The notes beneath the pieces were generated by a model, which was given only the letters and a program-made list of their open reading frames with translations, did no database searches and was not told the DNA's origin. The translations under genes and the position numbers were made by a program. Source: the human T2T-CHM13v2.0 reference genome, Homo sapiens. From it: DNA of 64,000 bases. The DNA is taken from assembly GCF_009914755.1 (NCBI RefSeq), contig NC_060937.1. The stretch is one strand, 5' to 3'. Shown here piece after piece: positions 40,335 through 56,122 of this stretch; position 1 is the stretch's first letter; each line of letters begins with the position of its first letter.

Positions 40335-40706
40335 ATACACCGTGGAATACTATGCAGCCATAAAAAAGGATGGGTTCATGTCCTTTGTAGGGACATGGAT
40401 GAAGCTGGAAATCATCATTCTCAGCAAACTATCACAGGGACAAAAAACCAAACACTGCATGTTCTCACTCATAGGTGGGAAATGAACAATGAGAACACTT
40501 GGACACCGGAAGGGGAACATCACACACTGGGGCCTGTCATGGGGTGGGGGGAGGGGAGAAGGATAGCATTAGGAGATATACCTAATGTAAATGATGAGTT
40601 AATGGGTGCAGCACACCAACATGGCACGTGTATACATATGTAACAAACCTGCACGTTGTGCGCACATACCCTAGAACTTAAAGTATAATAAAAAAAAAAA
40701 AGAGAG
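40335..40706 (+). mobile_element. 5'-truncated L1PA (about PA4-PA6)
   Basis: L1PA 3' UTR plus poly(A); perfect 17-bp TSD agaatgtatggacccta at 40318-40334 and 40707-40723. Confidence 0.95.
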
Positions 40707-41510
40707 AGAATGTATGGACCCTATAATCTCAAGGAGGGGCGGCAACCTGGTTGAATATTTTTTCAAGCCAGTTTAGGGAAAGATTGATAAGGTTTCCAAT
40801 TTTTCAAAAGGACCCATAATTCAAATTTTTATATGAAATCTAATTTTTAATTTGAGTTGGAAATTAAAATCAATGTGTTATTTATGTTATGATCTCCACT
40901 TTTGGTTCTATGAGATTATTACTTGTTTAACTCTCTGTAATCTGAATTCTGCCACCCACAAGCCATATTAATGGAGATCGTGAATGACTTACATATTGTC
41001 TTTTGAATACATATTAATTTGCATCTTAATTGACCTGCAAGCAGTTTAAAACTCTTCAGGTGTGTTTATCAAAAGATTCCTTCATATGACTTTTTATCTT
41101 TCTCTACTCTTTCATCAATCTCATTTATTATTAAATTTCGGTTATCAGCTGCCATGCCAATAACTGCCAACTCTAAACACTTATCACAGTTTACTATGCA
41201 AGCTTTATAGGAATATTAATATACTTCCTATTCACATATTCAGTATACATCTTAAGTATTAATTCCCCAAACATATGATTGTCGTTCAGGAGACTTTCTT
41301 TGAACCTCAATAAATGTCATTACACTTTACAGCACTATATTTTTGTTTCATAGAACTTCACTGTTTTATTAATCATTTCTTTGGATAATATCATATATCT
41401 TCTACAAAAGCATAATTTCTATAGGGAAGACAATTTTATTTCTTATTTTTACTATGACATTTTAGCATCTACTATACTGGCCAGCACGCCACACATTTGT
41501 CAATAAATAA

Positions 41511-42638
<1,128 letters not shown>

Positions 42639-43817
42639 AAACTCAATAAATATTTTTGAATGAATAACTCCACAGTCCAAGTTATTTTAATCACTATACA
42701 AAATCTCCAGAGTTTCTTCCATATTTCTGAACATGGTAACTATGTATCAAGAGACAAACCACAAATTTAAAGAAGGTGTGGTCAAATTTTATAAGTGTTT
42801 ATAACATTTGTAAATGTTTGGCATCTAGAATACATGTATAATTCCAACAAATAAATAAGAAAAAAATAAATAATCCAGTGGGATATTGGGCAAAATATTG
42901 AAACCAAAGTGTCATAAAAGAGGAAATATTACTTTTTAATACACGTGGAAAATGTGTACCCACCTGAGCAATCACATATGCAAATGAAAGTTAAAACAAA
43001 ATACAACGAGGCAAAAAAAATTCCCTTGCTTAAGCCTAATGTAAACAAACAAAAAAAATTCATCAAAAGACTATTAGTTTCTATACAGTCAAGGATAATG
43101 TCCAAAATCTGGAGCCGGGAACTGATTCAGTGAGGAAACCACGCTCACCACCATTAAAGATAAGTTGCTATAACTTACATGGGTGTCACTATTGTTTCAG
43201 TAACTTGATCTTGCCCCTACTGCTATTGCTACCAGTGAGAATTTTATAGTGCTTAAATGTATCATTATATCATAATTAAAATTCTGGGGAGTGGGTTAAC
43301 CTAATTGATAGAGCTTAGGTCATCGGGCATACCCTAGCTGCAACAGAGACTGAGATAATGATTACCGTTATCTTCAGCTTCTATAGTAGGTGGCAAGCTC
43401 CGCATTGCAACAACAGGCACAAAATAAAAGGTTTCTCAATCATATAAAGGTGATTAAGATACTGAGCAGCCAAAATGCACATATGTACATAAACAGACAC
43501 TCTCATTACACATATGCCCAAAGAGATTTATTTCAGTATTCTATATAATATTAAAAAGTTGAAGAAAATCTAAATATTGGCCAATACAAAAATGCTTGAA
43601 TAAATGGTGACATGTTATTGGCAGACGTTATTATTAGCAGCCATAAGTCAGTCTCTATATGCCACTTTCTCTGGCATTCTACTATGGAAAATAAACAAAC
43701 ACTTTCAAAGTTTCTCTTTTGCCTTTTAGTCCATGTAAATTATATCTTGGTTAGTAATATTTGAAGAGAGATCTCCTGTGAGGTTTATGAGAAAGTTATT
43801 TCTCTTCCTATAAAGAC

Positions 43818-43835
43818 GTGTGTGTGTGTGCGTGC

Positions 43836-43872
<37 letters not shown>
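43818..43872. repeat. Compound (TG)n(CGTG)n(TG)n microsatellite
   Basis: Direct reading; about 55 bp of alternating purine-pyrimidine. Confidence 0.95.
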
Positions 43873-43874
<2 letters not shown>

Positions 43875-45127
43875 GAGGGGCTGTACATAGGAGACCAGCC
43901 TAGTTCTTGCTTAATAGTGAGGGCATAATATGGTGAATTGAAGCAACTACCTTTCAGTTATGAGGCTACGGGTCTAAGAATGAATGTGAGGATTGCTGAT
44001 GGAAAGAAGTGAGCCTGGCTTACAATAACATTATTTAGTGACTGACTCTCTGTCCAAATCTTTATTATTTGAGAAAACAACCCCTAAATTTAAATGGAAG
44101 GTTGTCGGGAATTTCTATTAAGTAAACTGAAAGTATCCTTAACTTACTCAACATTTATTTCATAGAATATTAAACAGCACTTGATTATGCTGGACCCAAA
44201 TGCATCAATGGGAATAAATCTTAAAAGTATAATGTTGAGTAAGAAACCACTATGTTTGGAATAAGTATAATATGATGAAATGTATTAATTAAGAAAAATT
44301 ATAAAACATTTCTGAATATTGTTCAAGCATACATATTTAATGATAATGTGAAATATGAATAAGAAAGTTGCACAGCGACACCAGAGAGGGAAAGAATAAA
44401 ATAGAAATCGTTCAGGAGAGGAAAATTTTGACTCCCTCTTTAATACTCAGAAATAATATAAAGCAAGTTTAATTAAAATTGTTGAATATGGAAGTAAATA
44501 CGTGGATGTCTATTATATTATTCTATTTTGTTTTGTATGTTAGGCATATTTCAAACTTAAAAACTTTTAGAGTGCTTTCCAAAGTAATGTGCAATTAAAT
44601 TCTTAGAGAAATACTGTAAAGAAAGTAGTATTTTCTCATACTACAGAGTAAACTACTGAGCCTCACTGACATGAAGTAATTTGCACAATTGTTTCTACTC
44701 CAATTGAAGTATTTTACAAATTGTTATGTCACAACCTGGGATTTTTCTTTTGCGTTATCATCATAGATATTCAGGAAATATCTACTCATATGTTCATAAA
44801 ATTGCCTTAAAATGTTTTTTACCAAAGAGACAAATGTTTTCATAGCCTTCATTCTTCGAAAAACCATCTATAACTTTAAACTCATGGTAATGTGTTTCAA
44901 GGAATACGTGAAATATGAAATTTTCCCACAGATTAAGTGGTAAAGATGAGAGCTCAGTGGTGGATAAAGGACAATAATAAATAGCTATTTTTGTATTTCT
45001 CCTTTTTTACATATTGCTTTTCTTCACTATAAATCAAATATACATTAAGTATTTTATTAAAATAAGTGAAACACTAGAATCTAAATATCTACAAAAATTA
45101 AGTGAAGAAATATATCAGAACCCATTG

Positions 45128-47939
45128 TAGGTTGAGCATTCTGAATCTGAAAATATGAAATGCAAAACACTTCAAAATCTGAAACATTTTAAGTGCTAAT
45201 ATGATGCCACAAGTGGAAAATTCCACACCTAACTTCATGTGATAGGTTGCAGTCAAAAGGCACGACCCACAGTTTATTCAGCATCTCCAAGGAAAAATGA
45301 CCATCTTAGCCCACTTCAGCTGTGATATATCTTCTCCATGCCCTTCTACGAAGGGTAATAAAATGGCACATGCACAGGCTGGATGTGTGTTCCCACCAGT
45401 GCCCTACATGGGGCCAAGACCTACGTGCATTACTGACTGTGCTTTTTCTTGCTTATTCTCTGCTCTTTGGTGTAAAGACATTACTGAAAATGTCAAAAAG
45501 GTCTGCAAATACCTCTGTGGGTAATGGTAATAAGAAAAAATAAAAGCGTTTCTGTTTATCTATATAAGAGAAAGTCAAGTTGCTAGAGAAACTGGACAGC
45601 AGTGTACGTGTGAAACATCTTACAGAAGAATATGGTGGTAGAATAACTGTCATATATACCCATGGAGAAACACAAGGATAGACTGCTGAAGATCTGTGCT
45701 GAAAGTGATGAGCAGAAGATATTGAAAAATACGAAACACTGCATAAAGCTAAAAATAAATATGTAAGTTGTGTAACCAAAGTGGATATGTTAGCATCCCT
45801 GAAGAAACACATATATACACCTGAAGAAACTTAAGGGTAAACTGCTGAAGATCTGTGCTGAAAGTGATCAGCAGAAGATAATGAAAAATACAAAAACGCT
45901 GAATAAAGCTAAAAATAAATATGCTTTATTTATAAAGCATGCCACTTAATGGTGTGTGGATCATGACATTAGCAAAGATCTATTACAATGAACTAGAAAA
46001 TTGAAGAGAACTCTGAATATTAAACAGATTGGTTGCAAAAATTTAAGAAAAGTCATGGCATTACATTTTTAAAGATTTATGGGGATAAAGCATCTGCTGA
46101 CCATTAGGCTGTAGATAAATTTATTAATGAGTATACCAAGATTATCGCTGATGAAGACCTGATGCCAGAACAAGTCTATAATGCTGATGAAACATTCATT
46201 TCTGTTTTGGTGTTGTTGCTCTAGAAAGACATCGACTAGAGCTGATAAGACAGCCACTATAGGAATTAAGTATGCCAAGGACAGAATAAGTGGCTGGGAT
46301 GTACTAATGCAACAGGCAAACATAAGTATAAACTTCCTGTGATAGGAAAAAGCTTGCATCCTCACTCTTTTCAAGGAGTAAATTTCTTAGTCCATTATTA
46401 TGCTAACAAGAAAGCATGAATCATCAAGGCGTCTTCTTTGACTGGTTTCACAAACATTTTGTACCAGCAGCTCAAGCTCACTGCAGCGTCGCTGGACTGG
46501 ATGATGATTGCAAGATTTTGTTATTCCTTGACAACTGTTCTCCTCATCCTCCTGTTGAAATTCTCATCAAAAATAATTTTATGCCATGTGTTTTTCCCCA
46601 AACATGACTTCATTAATTCTGTCATATCACCAAGATATTGTTAGATCAATAAAGAGTAAATATAAAAACACTTTTTTTGAAGAGCATGCTAGCAGCAGTG
46701 AACAGAGATCTGACTGTAGAAGGTTTTCAAAAGAAGTTTAGCATGAAGGATGCCATCTACGCTGTTGCCAATGCTTAGAATAAAGTGACTAAAGACACAG
46801 TTGTGCATGTCTGGAATAGCCTCTAGTCTGTAACCATGTTTAGTGATGATGATGAATAAGGTGGTGGGTTTGAAGGATTCCACATATCAAGTGAGGGAAA
46901 AAAAACGATGTCTGATCTCCTTACATATGCAAAAAATACCTTCAGAGTCCCTCAGTAAGCCGGAAGAAGTGGAATTTAGGAAGTTTTTAACAGTGATAAT
47001 GAGAATGCAGATTTTCATTCATTGACTGATGATCAAATAGCCAAAATGGTTCCGAATCAACGTGATCATGAAAATAGTGATCTTGAAGATGATTTATACG
47101 TTGCAGAAAAAGAGCCCACGACAACATGGTGAAAATAAGTGATGAGCTTATTGAAGGCCTAAAACAGTGTGCACTCATAACAGAAACAGAAATCTTCTCA
47201 GTTCATAAAATCAGAAAGTGACTTCTAAGACAAAGAATGTTGTTAATGAGACAGATGATTCTGGAGGAAGCATTTAAAAAAGCCATCCAGCTGAATGTCT
47301 CCTCATCCCTACAGGATCCACTTCCTGGTTGGCGACTGTTTCTAGTGTTTTTTTCTCACCTATAAAAGATAAAATACTGTCTACAGTAACCTTTTAATCA
47401 AAACACAGCTTCTTAGGTGGAGACTGAAAGCCTGCTCTTCTTTTTTGTTGCTGTTGTTTAACAGCTGTTAAAGGTATTCTGGTGAAGCGGGTGTGCTGAT
47501 TAGTTACCCTAAACCTATTATTTTTTCACTGTATTAATATTATGTCATATTTATTATGGTTAAGTGCTTATGTGTGAAAAAAATATAAGAAAATGCTTAT
47601 CAGTAGTTATAAATTCAGAGTTAGGAATGATGGTCTTGCCAAAAAAAAAAAAGCCCCACAGACTGTTCACGTGGGTGGCTGAGATAGTAGCACTTTTGGT
47701 TTCTGATGGTTCACTGTACAAGAACTTTATTTTATGCACAAAATTGTTAAAAATATTATGTAATGTTAGCTTCAGACTATCTTGGTAAAGTGCTTATGAA
47801 AAATAAATTTTGTGTTTACATTTGTGTCTCAACCTCAAGACGTCTCGTTATGTGTATGCAAATATTTCAAAATCCCAAACAATTCAAAATCTTACACACT
47901 TCTGGTTCCAAGAATTTTAGACAAGGAATAGTTAATATG
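45128..47939 (+). mobile_element. Near full-length Tigger4 (Zombi) pogo-family DNA transposon, decayed transposase
   Basis: Termini taggttgagcattctgaatctgaaaat and ttttagacaaggaatagttaatatg+TA; YNADET encoded at ~46177; ORF 46416-46607 WFHKHFVP...ILLFLDNCSPHP (pogo/CENP-B DDE domain); ~2.8 kb. Confidence 0.88.
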
Positions 47940-49571
47940 TATGAATAAACAGCACTTAAGAGAGAAAACGAAATTAAATAAAAGCTGAAAGAAGAATAAA
48001 GAAATTTTACTTCACTAAGAAAAATAAAAATAGCAGAGAAGAAATGTGATGTGTTACTGTGCTAACCTAGAGTTAGAGTTATGCTACCATTGCAATGACT
48101 TTCAGGAATATTTGATGATATCAACAAGGTATTGCTTCTGCAATACATGGAAAAGGCTACAGAGATAGTTTCGGCTTAATTGAAGTGGAGCTAACATTGT
48201 TAGTTTTACTAACAATGGAAGTGATATGCATGATATTAGAATTATATAATTGTTCTGCAGGTTTTGATTGCATGCTCTATGTCACCAATTTTTAATATTA
48301 CAAAAGTATAAGAGTGGGAAAAGTACAAATGGGCATTATTTTTTGTGTGTGCTTAATGTGTTGCCAAAATGTAAGGGCTGGTGATTGGTAATTCTATCAA
48401 AAAGAACACACACACTGCATACATACATATCCTGGAAAGAGAAGATTTAAAAGAAAAGTGAAATTAAGATCAATAGAGTCTGTGCTAAATAACAGTTGAC
48501 ATAACAGACATTGTATACTATTTCAAATAATAATTTCCATAATAGCTATAAGATAGGTTACCATTATTATTCAAATTTTAGAGATAAGGAAACTGAATTA
48601 TGGTTTTATTTAGCACTGGAGAAAGCACAGACAGTAAGTAGTAGATATTTATGTAAAACAATATTCATATGTTATCTAGAGCCCACAGTTTGAACATAAT
48701 ATCATAAAGGATTAAGTTGGAAAAATTAAGAACTATTAGAAGGTGATGACAGTCATAGGTTTACATCATATTCTTATAATTTATTAATTTTTCTTCCATA
48801 TTTATGTGTATTTTCTGAACCCGTTTCCTTATCTTAAAAATGGAAGTGTTAATACTAGTCTTGTAAGAGTTATTCTATCTTTCCCACAATTTTATCATGG
48901 ACAGGAAAAAAAAACTGATAGCTACATATAAACGCATGAAAAATGAAATGATATTCATTGTTCAAATATTTTATCACATGTGTACACCTCTTGTTAAACT
49001 TTATTTTTTCACAGAAAATGATACAAGTTATTATTAAATTTGTTGCTTAATCAATGTCTTATAAGCTTAACGTATAAGTTTGTAGTTGGCCATTTTATTC
49101 TCTATTTTATTGAGAATTATTCACTAACCATGCAGTAGTATTGTTAGTACCTTTCTTTTTGATCATATGAATGATCTTTTAAAAAGCGAAGATAGAGTTT
49201 TGTGGATTAAATACCATTCAAATTATAATTTATTGTTTTATTTCACTGGCACTGCTAGAAAACTAGTAGGTTTAACTATGTAAAGACGCTCCATGTTTTT
49301 CATATTTTAACTAAATGTTATATTTAGTTTAACTATATAAATATTAACTTCCTAATACCCCAATATATTACTCACAAGCCATGAATGAACATACTTTACA
49401 TGGTAGTCATTAAAAAACAACTTTTACAAGTAGACTCAGATGCCAGTATGTAATTCCCAAAAGGCTAAGAGGCTAAGAACTTGGTCTTGTGTACTGCTGT
49501 ATTACTAATGGCCGAGAAAATGCCTGGGACTCAGTGAACACTCCATAAATATTGATCCTATGAGCGTGACA

Positions 49572-49656
49572 GTGTGTGTGTGTGTGTGTGTATGCACGCA
49601 TGTGTCTGCGTGTGTGTGAGAGACAGAGAGAAGGAGAGAGAGAGAAAGAAGAGAGA
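49572..49656. repeat. (TG)n/(GA)n compound microsatellite
   Basis: Direct reading. Confidence 0.9.
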
Positions 49657-49946
49657 TCAACTTCCATCTCATTATTTCAGGCAAGAGCCACCATAAACAA
49701 TGTGTACTAAGTCGTAAGAAGAAATGGAATTAGAGCTTTATTTTAGAATAAGTACTCACTGATATTAAGCAATGTCAAACATACAGAAGATTAACATAAT
49801 GTTCAGGATTTGAGTAAAAATAAATCAGAAGAACTGGGAAAAGAATATATCTGCTTAAGTTTTGAATCCCTACAAAACAAAGTAGCAGCTTACATATATC
49901 AAAGTCTGGCTGTTTAGTAACTATTTTCTACTTCTGTTTAATTTTT

Positions 49947-49948
<2 letters not shown>

Positions 49949-49982
<34 letters not shown>
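49949..49982. repeat. (TG)n microsatellite
   Basis: Direct reading. Confidence 0.95.
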
Positions 49983-49986
<4 letters not shown>

Positions 49987-52900
49987 TGTAGCCTTAAATT
50001 TGCAGAATAACTTAGGACAATTTTACACTGTTATCAAATTAATGCAGCAAATGAGGAAAAAAGTCAGTGTATCTACATCAAAAAGCAAGGGTTATTTTTA
50101 ACATCAATAGTAATGAAATGTTTAAATGCATTGTTTAAAATTCAAAACAGAAGTGATAGGTGCCCATTTTTAATGAGAGGAGGCAAATGAACATTTGGGA
50201 ATTTTCCAACAATTCCACAATTAAAGAATATATAAAAACTAGATATTGAAAATGTGTATATCATCAGGGTGTTTGACTAAAATGTACTGTCTGTCTTGAT
50301 GAACCAGAGCAAGGAAGTGTTTCAGGAGTTCATCAGTGTTGAACAGTTGCTGACAACTTTGTTCTAATTTCTGAAAACAATTGTTTGCTAAATTATGGGG
50401 TACCTGATGAATAGCTTTAATTAGATTCGCATCAAGAAAAAAGAATAAAAAAGAACATATTCTTTAACTACATCTGGCCAGATGTATTATATCTATAATT
50501 TTAGAAGATAGATATATTACTGAATTCAATATTATGGTTTATGTGGTGGTTTTCTGATTGAAAGTTCGATAATTTGTCAGATTAGTAGGATATAGATAGA
50601 AAGAGTGTGCTGTATAATTTACCAAAAAGGTTAGTTTTCTTCCATGTGAAGAAATTATAAGGAAAGTTTTCATTCTGGATGCATGTTTTAAATGCTTAGT
50701 TAATAGTAGAGCATACATTAAAACTTTAATAAATTTAAATGTTAATACACTGAACAAAATAATTTATAAGGTCCAACTAAAATTCATATAGATGATTTTC
50801 TTAACCCATAGAGCACAGAAGAAAAGTTCGTCATTGATGACTGGCAAGTTCAATTTTTTTCTTCATCTTACCCATCATATATCCTTCACTTTTTTCTCTT
50901 CTCCTTTTGTTACTATAATTTATTGCTGTTATTGTTGTTAATTTTACCATTCTGTTCAAGCAATGAAGAATATGTAGAATATAAGTTAGTTGAATAGTAT
51001 TGAAATCCAGAGTTTATAAGATTTTGGATTAATATTTATAATAAAAGTTCAAAAAACAACTAAATTACGAATGCTATCTTTAAAGTAGACTTCTCGTAGT
51101 CCACAATAAACGGAAACTATTTTATAGATACAATTTCTGAAATATAATAGAGAAAGAAGATAATTGCCAGTATCAACAATATAGTATACGATGAAATTAG
51201 AATAAGTAGAGGCAGGCTTTTCACCTCTAAATAGTGAATGTTTTGCTATATTACATAAGAGCAAAGGTTAATTTTGCAGCTGGCTTTAATATCTTGTTCA
51301 TGCATATCATTGGGCTATGATACTACAGGAAGTTTTCTATAGTATGAATATGAAACCATAATTTTTCACATTATAAATTAATACAGGTTCACCAAAGATT
51401 TTTTTGAAAAATTTAACTCAAGTACATAATTACATAATGTCACAAATAAAAATGATTTTCAATTAATATGCAGTAATGATAAATTATTTATTTTCTAAAT
51501 TGTAGATTTTTCAGGAGCAATTTTAAATGATTCTCTTACCATTTAATTAAATCAGTACATTTTGCAATAGGTTGGTGGTTGTAATAATATTAAGGCATTT
51601 GGATAAAACTTTTGATTGACTATATTTGAAAAGCAAATGTTCTTAAAGTGCTGTCTTAACTTTATTGCAATTACGTTTTCCTAAGAAAATTTTTTTAAAT
51701 GCCTTTTTCTGTCATAACTACAACTTTTAAATCTGATTTTCAAAAATGCGTTGATTTAATTGTAAAAAAAGACACTTATCTTTTGAAAATCAAAGATTAC
51801 TAATAGTCAATTTAAAGTGCCAAATGGCAAATTAATGCCGTCAGCTCTAGGCTGTCTGTTTTAAAGTCATGGAACTTTCAAGAAATGTTCACTTTGAAAG
51901 AATCATGCAATATTGTGCATGATTTTCATCACCATTGGGTGATTAACTTTAAAATTGTATTCTTCAATTAAGTATGTTATCCCTAACAAACTTAAGTATA
52001 TAGCAAAATTTCTAAAACATGGAAGAGTAAATGATATCACAAGTAAACCACACATCAGGTTCTCTTCCTTTTCTGGCAGCTGGAAAGAGTGAACTTTCCT
52101 GTATTTTTTAAGTTAGGCCATAGTGAAATGAATTGCTTGTGACAATGAATATGAGCAAAAGTAATAGCTCTCATTTCTGGGCAGAAGCGTTTAATTCCTC
52201 ATCCTTGATTATCCAGATCCAGTCCATGTGAATATACGTTTATGAGTAGGTGCCCTGGAGACCAAAGGAACCTAACTAAAATGCTAAGATAACCTTTGGA
52301 AGACTGAGAATGCTTGGAACTGAGAGATATAATTCAGTCGTATCATATCCATTGTTAGCACAACACAACCATTCTATCCTGACTGATACATCCTACATGA
52401 AAAAAAATCATGATTGATGCATTTACCTAAGCTAATATGTTGCTGTTATTAAGTCAAGAGTCAAAGTCAAATTCCATTTAACAATTTATTATAGCCTCTT
52501 CATATTGCTTTGTCTTCCATTGGGCTTTCAGACTTACTTTCTTCTGAGCTAATCTTCTTCACATGTGCATAGTATTATTATTAGAGGAGTAATTAAATTA
52601 ATATGCATTCTTTATAAATTCTCTGCCCTTTGCAGTGAAATAAAATCGGCACTCATTATAATTTAACCTTTTCATAGTTTATAATCCATGATGGAGCATA
52701 AATAATGTGAATTCTTTAAAATGAAGCTGTCAGAGGAAGAAATTACTGTCTCATTAGACAGCTAGGTTATAATAGTTTTGAATTATATGTAGTTACTTAT
52801 TAGCAGCTACAATTATACCTCATATGGGTATTTGGAATTCATGCAGCTTTAATAAATAACTTTGTTGAGATGGTGCTCTGCACATGATAAATTGGTCAGT

Positions 52901-53471
52901 TTTATGTTTTTGTTTAATATTTTTCTTATAATGATATAGTTTGGCATATATATGAATTCAAAATAAGTCAGTGTGGTTTTATTTTTCACCAGCTTATTTT
53001 TATTTAATTAAACCTAAAAATTACACTGACATAGATACAAATTTCCTTTTTTTCAAATATAAATTTTGTTTTCTTTATACGTTCAAGCTTTCTTATACAT
53101 TAGAACATTTGTAACATTAGAAAGTAAATTGTACACTTATTATTATTCATAAGACAATTTTTGAAGTTGGGTAATTTTTAACAAAATGATGCTATATCTT
53201 CTATGAAAATATGAGTTTTGTTGTTCAAACATTTTAATGAAATTGGATACAGAAACCAATTTTTAAAAGTCATCCTATGAAATTTCTTTATTCATTTCTG
53301 AACATCTGGCTATTTCTTGTTGAATTAGGTTTTAAATGACTATTTTAATATTTCTAAAAAATAATCAATCAGAAATACTTCATTATTTATTTCACTGGCT
53401 TTCAGTTACAATATCTATTTAAAATAAACATTTACATAGGTTGTGATACATGGAACATATTTTGCTTGAAG

Positions 53472-53508
<37 letters not shown>

Positions 53509-54187
53509 TATAAACAAACACACAAACAGAGATGTGATTAATTACTCTAGGTCACTGACTATTTTGTTTAATGAAAAGTTACCATTTAAACCATGCAGTT
53601 ATCCTTTGATATCATGTAGTGATTGGTTCTAGGACCCCTAATAGATACAAAATTCTCCTTATAGATACAAAAATGGTGTAGTATTTGCAATGCTATATTT
53701 ATTTTATGTAATGCTATATTTATATGTAAAGCTATTTATATATGTAATGCTATATATATTACATTATATATGTAATACATTTACATATATAATGCTATTT
53801 ATATATGTTTATATATACAACTATATGAATAGTTGTTTTATTGTATTGTTTTTTATTTGACTTATTTTTATTGCATTTTATAAGTTTTTTTTAATCAGAG
53901 CTTGGTTACATCCATGGATGCAGAACCCATAAATATGGAGGGAGGACTGAATGAATATAATAAGATTTTAAAATAAGAGAAATTAAATTAGTAAATTATG
54001 TAAGACTCATTCACCTTCAATATTTTAACATTATTTATTAAAACGAACATGTACTTACAATGCTTTTACTATATTCTAAGCAGTGGGCTATGCAAGGAGG
54101 ATTAAACAAATACCAGTGTATAAAAAAATGCACCACGCGGAAGTAATACTTTTATTAAAAATTACAATTAATAATGAAGAGTGCCCC

Positions 54188-54561
54188 TGATACGGTTTTG
54201 CTTTGTGTCCTCTTGAAATCTCTTGTAATTCCCATAATCCCCATGTGTCAAGGGTGGAACCAGGTGGAGGTAATTGGATCATGGGGGCGGTTTCCCCGCT
54301 GTTGTTCTCACGGTAGTGAGTGAATTCTCACAAGATCTGATGGTTTTATACACATCTGGCATTTCCCCTTCTTGTACTCACTCTGTCCTGCCACCATATG
54401 AAGAAGGTGTCAGCTTTTCCTTTGCCTTCTGCCATGACGTTTTGTAAGTTTCTTGAGGCCTCCCCAGCCATTCAGTGCTGTGAATCAATTAAACATTTTT
54501 CCTTTATAAATTACCCAGTCTCAGGTATTTCTTCATAGCAGTGTGAGAAGAAACTAATACA
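54188..54561 (+). mobile_element. MSTA/THE1-type LTR (mirror copy in right arm)
   Basis: Reverse complement of 14889-15262. Confidence 0.88.
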
Positions 54562-55544
54562 AACCCTTTGTTTGCTGTTTCATTAATATCTTTAAGCAAT
54601 TTCTAATTAGATTTTTTTAATTTTGAATTTTTTAGGTATATAGTCAGTGTACATATTTATGGGGTATGTGAGATATTTTGGTACAGGCATGCAATGTGTA
54701 ATAATCACATAGTGGAAAATTGGGTATCTATGCCCTCAAGCATTTAACTTTTGTGTTAGAAACAATCCAATTATACTCTTTTAGTTATTTTTAAATGTCA
54801 AATTAAATTACTATTGACTATAGTGCCCTTGGTGTGCTATCAACTACGGTTTTATTTATTCTTTTAAATTATTTTTTGTACACATTAACCATCTCCCCTC
54901 CTTCCTCTCACCCACCAACTACCCTTCCCAGCTTCTGGTAACCATCTTTTAAGGATTTTTTATGACAATTTCTTTATGTTTTTAAGTACTTATAATTTTT
55001 TATTTATTTTATTTTATTGCTGTATTTATTCATTTATTTTATTAAGTACTTGTAATTTCATTTCCATTTTGTGCATATACACATTCCAATCCCTATATTA
55101 GGTAATGGAAATACTAGTACAAAAAATGTACTTTGAATAATAGCACTTTCCATCTGATAATGTAACAGTCATTGCTATGTAACATACAATTCAAAACATA
55201 TTGTGGCGTAAAATAGCTGCATTATTTAGCTGGCAAATCAGTAGGTCAGCTGGAAAATGACTAAGAGAGTTTTGCTCAATTTTTAGAGGTCAGTTAGAGG
55301 ATCAATGGCAGATTGGCTTTGCTAATCTTGGCTAGGTTTTTCTGTGTATCTGGAAACCTGGTAGAGATGAAAGAGTTGACTCAGCTCTACCTCACATATT
55401 TTCTTATGCACCACCATCCTAGATTGGGCTTGCTCTTCAGAAACCCAAGAAAAAGGGCAAAAATATACTAGATATCTTGAGGGAGGCTCAGAATTGACAA
55501 CCTGTCACTTCTGCCACACTCTACTGACTGAAGCACGTCCCAGG

Positions 55545-56122
55545 TATATTAGTCAGGGTTCTCTAGATGGATAGAACTAATCAGATATATGTATATCTGA
55601 ATGGGAGTTTATTAAGGAGACTTGATTCACACAATCACAAGGTGAAGTTCCACATTAGGTCATCTGCAAGTTCAGGAGCAAGGAAGCCAGTCGTGGCTCA
55701 GTCCAAGTCCCAAAACCTCAAAAGCAGGGAAGCCGATAGCGCAGCCTCCAGTCTGTGGCCAAAGGCCTGAGAGCCCCTGGCAAATCACTGGTGTGAGTCC
55801 AAGGGTCCAAAAGCCAAAGAACTTGAAGTCAGATGTTTGAGGGCAGGAAGCATCCAGCATGGGAGAAAGATGAAGGCTGGAAGACTCAGCAAGTCAGCTT
55901 CTTCCACCTTCTTCTGCCTTTTCCTAGCCAGTCTGGCAGCTAATTGGATGGTGCCCACCCACACTGTAGATGGGTCTTCCTGAGGATGGGTCTTCCTCTC
56001 CTAGTCCACTGACTCAAATCTTAATCTCTTCTGGCAACACCCAGAAACACCCACATATACCCAGAGACAATACTTTGCATCCTACAATCGCATTAAGTTG
56101 CCATTTAATATTAACCATCACA
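55545..56122 (-). mobile_element. MLT2A solo LTR (mirror copy)
   Basis: Reverse complement of 13327-13904. Confidence 0.85.
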
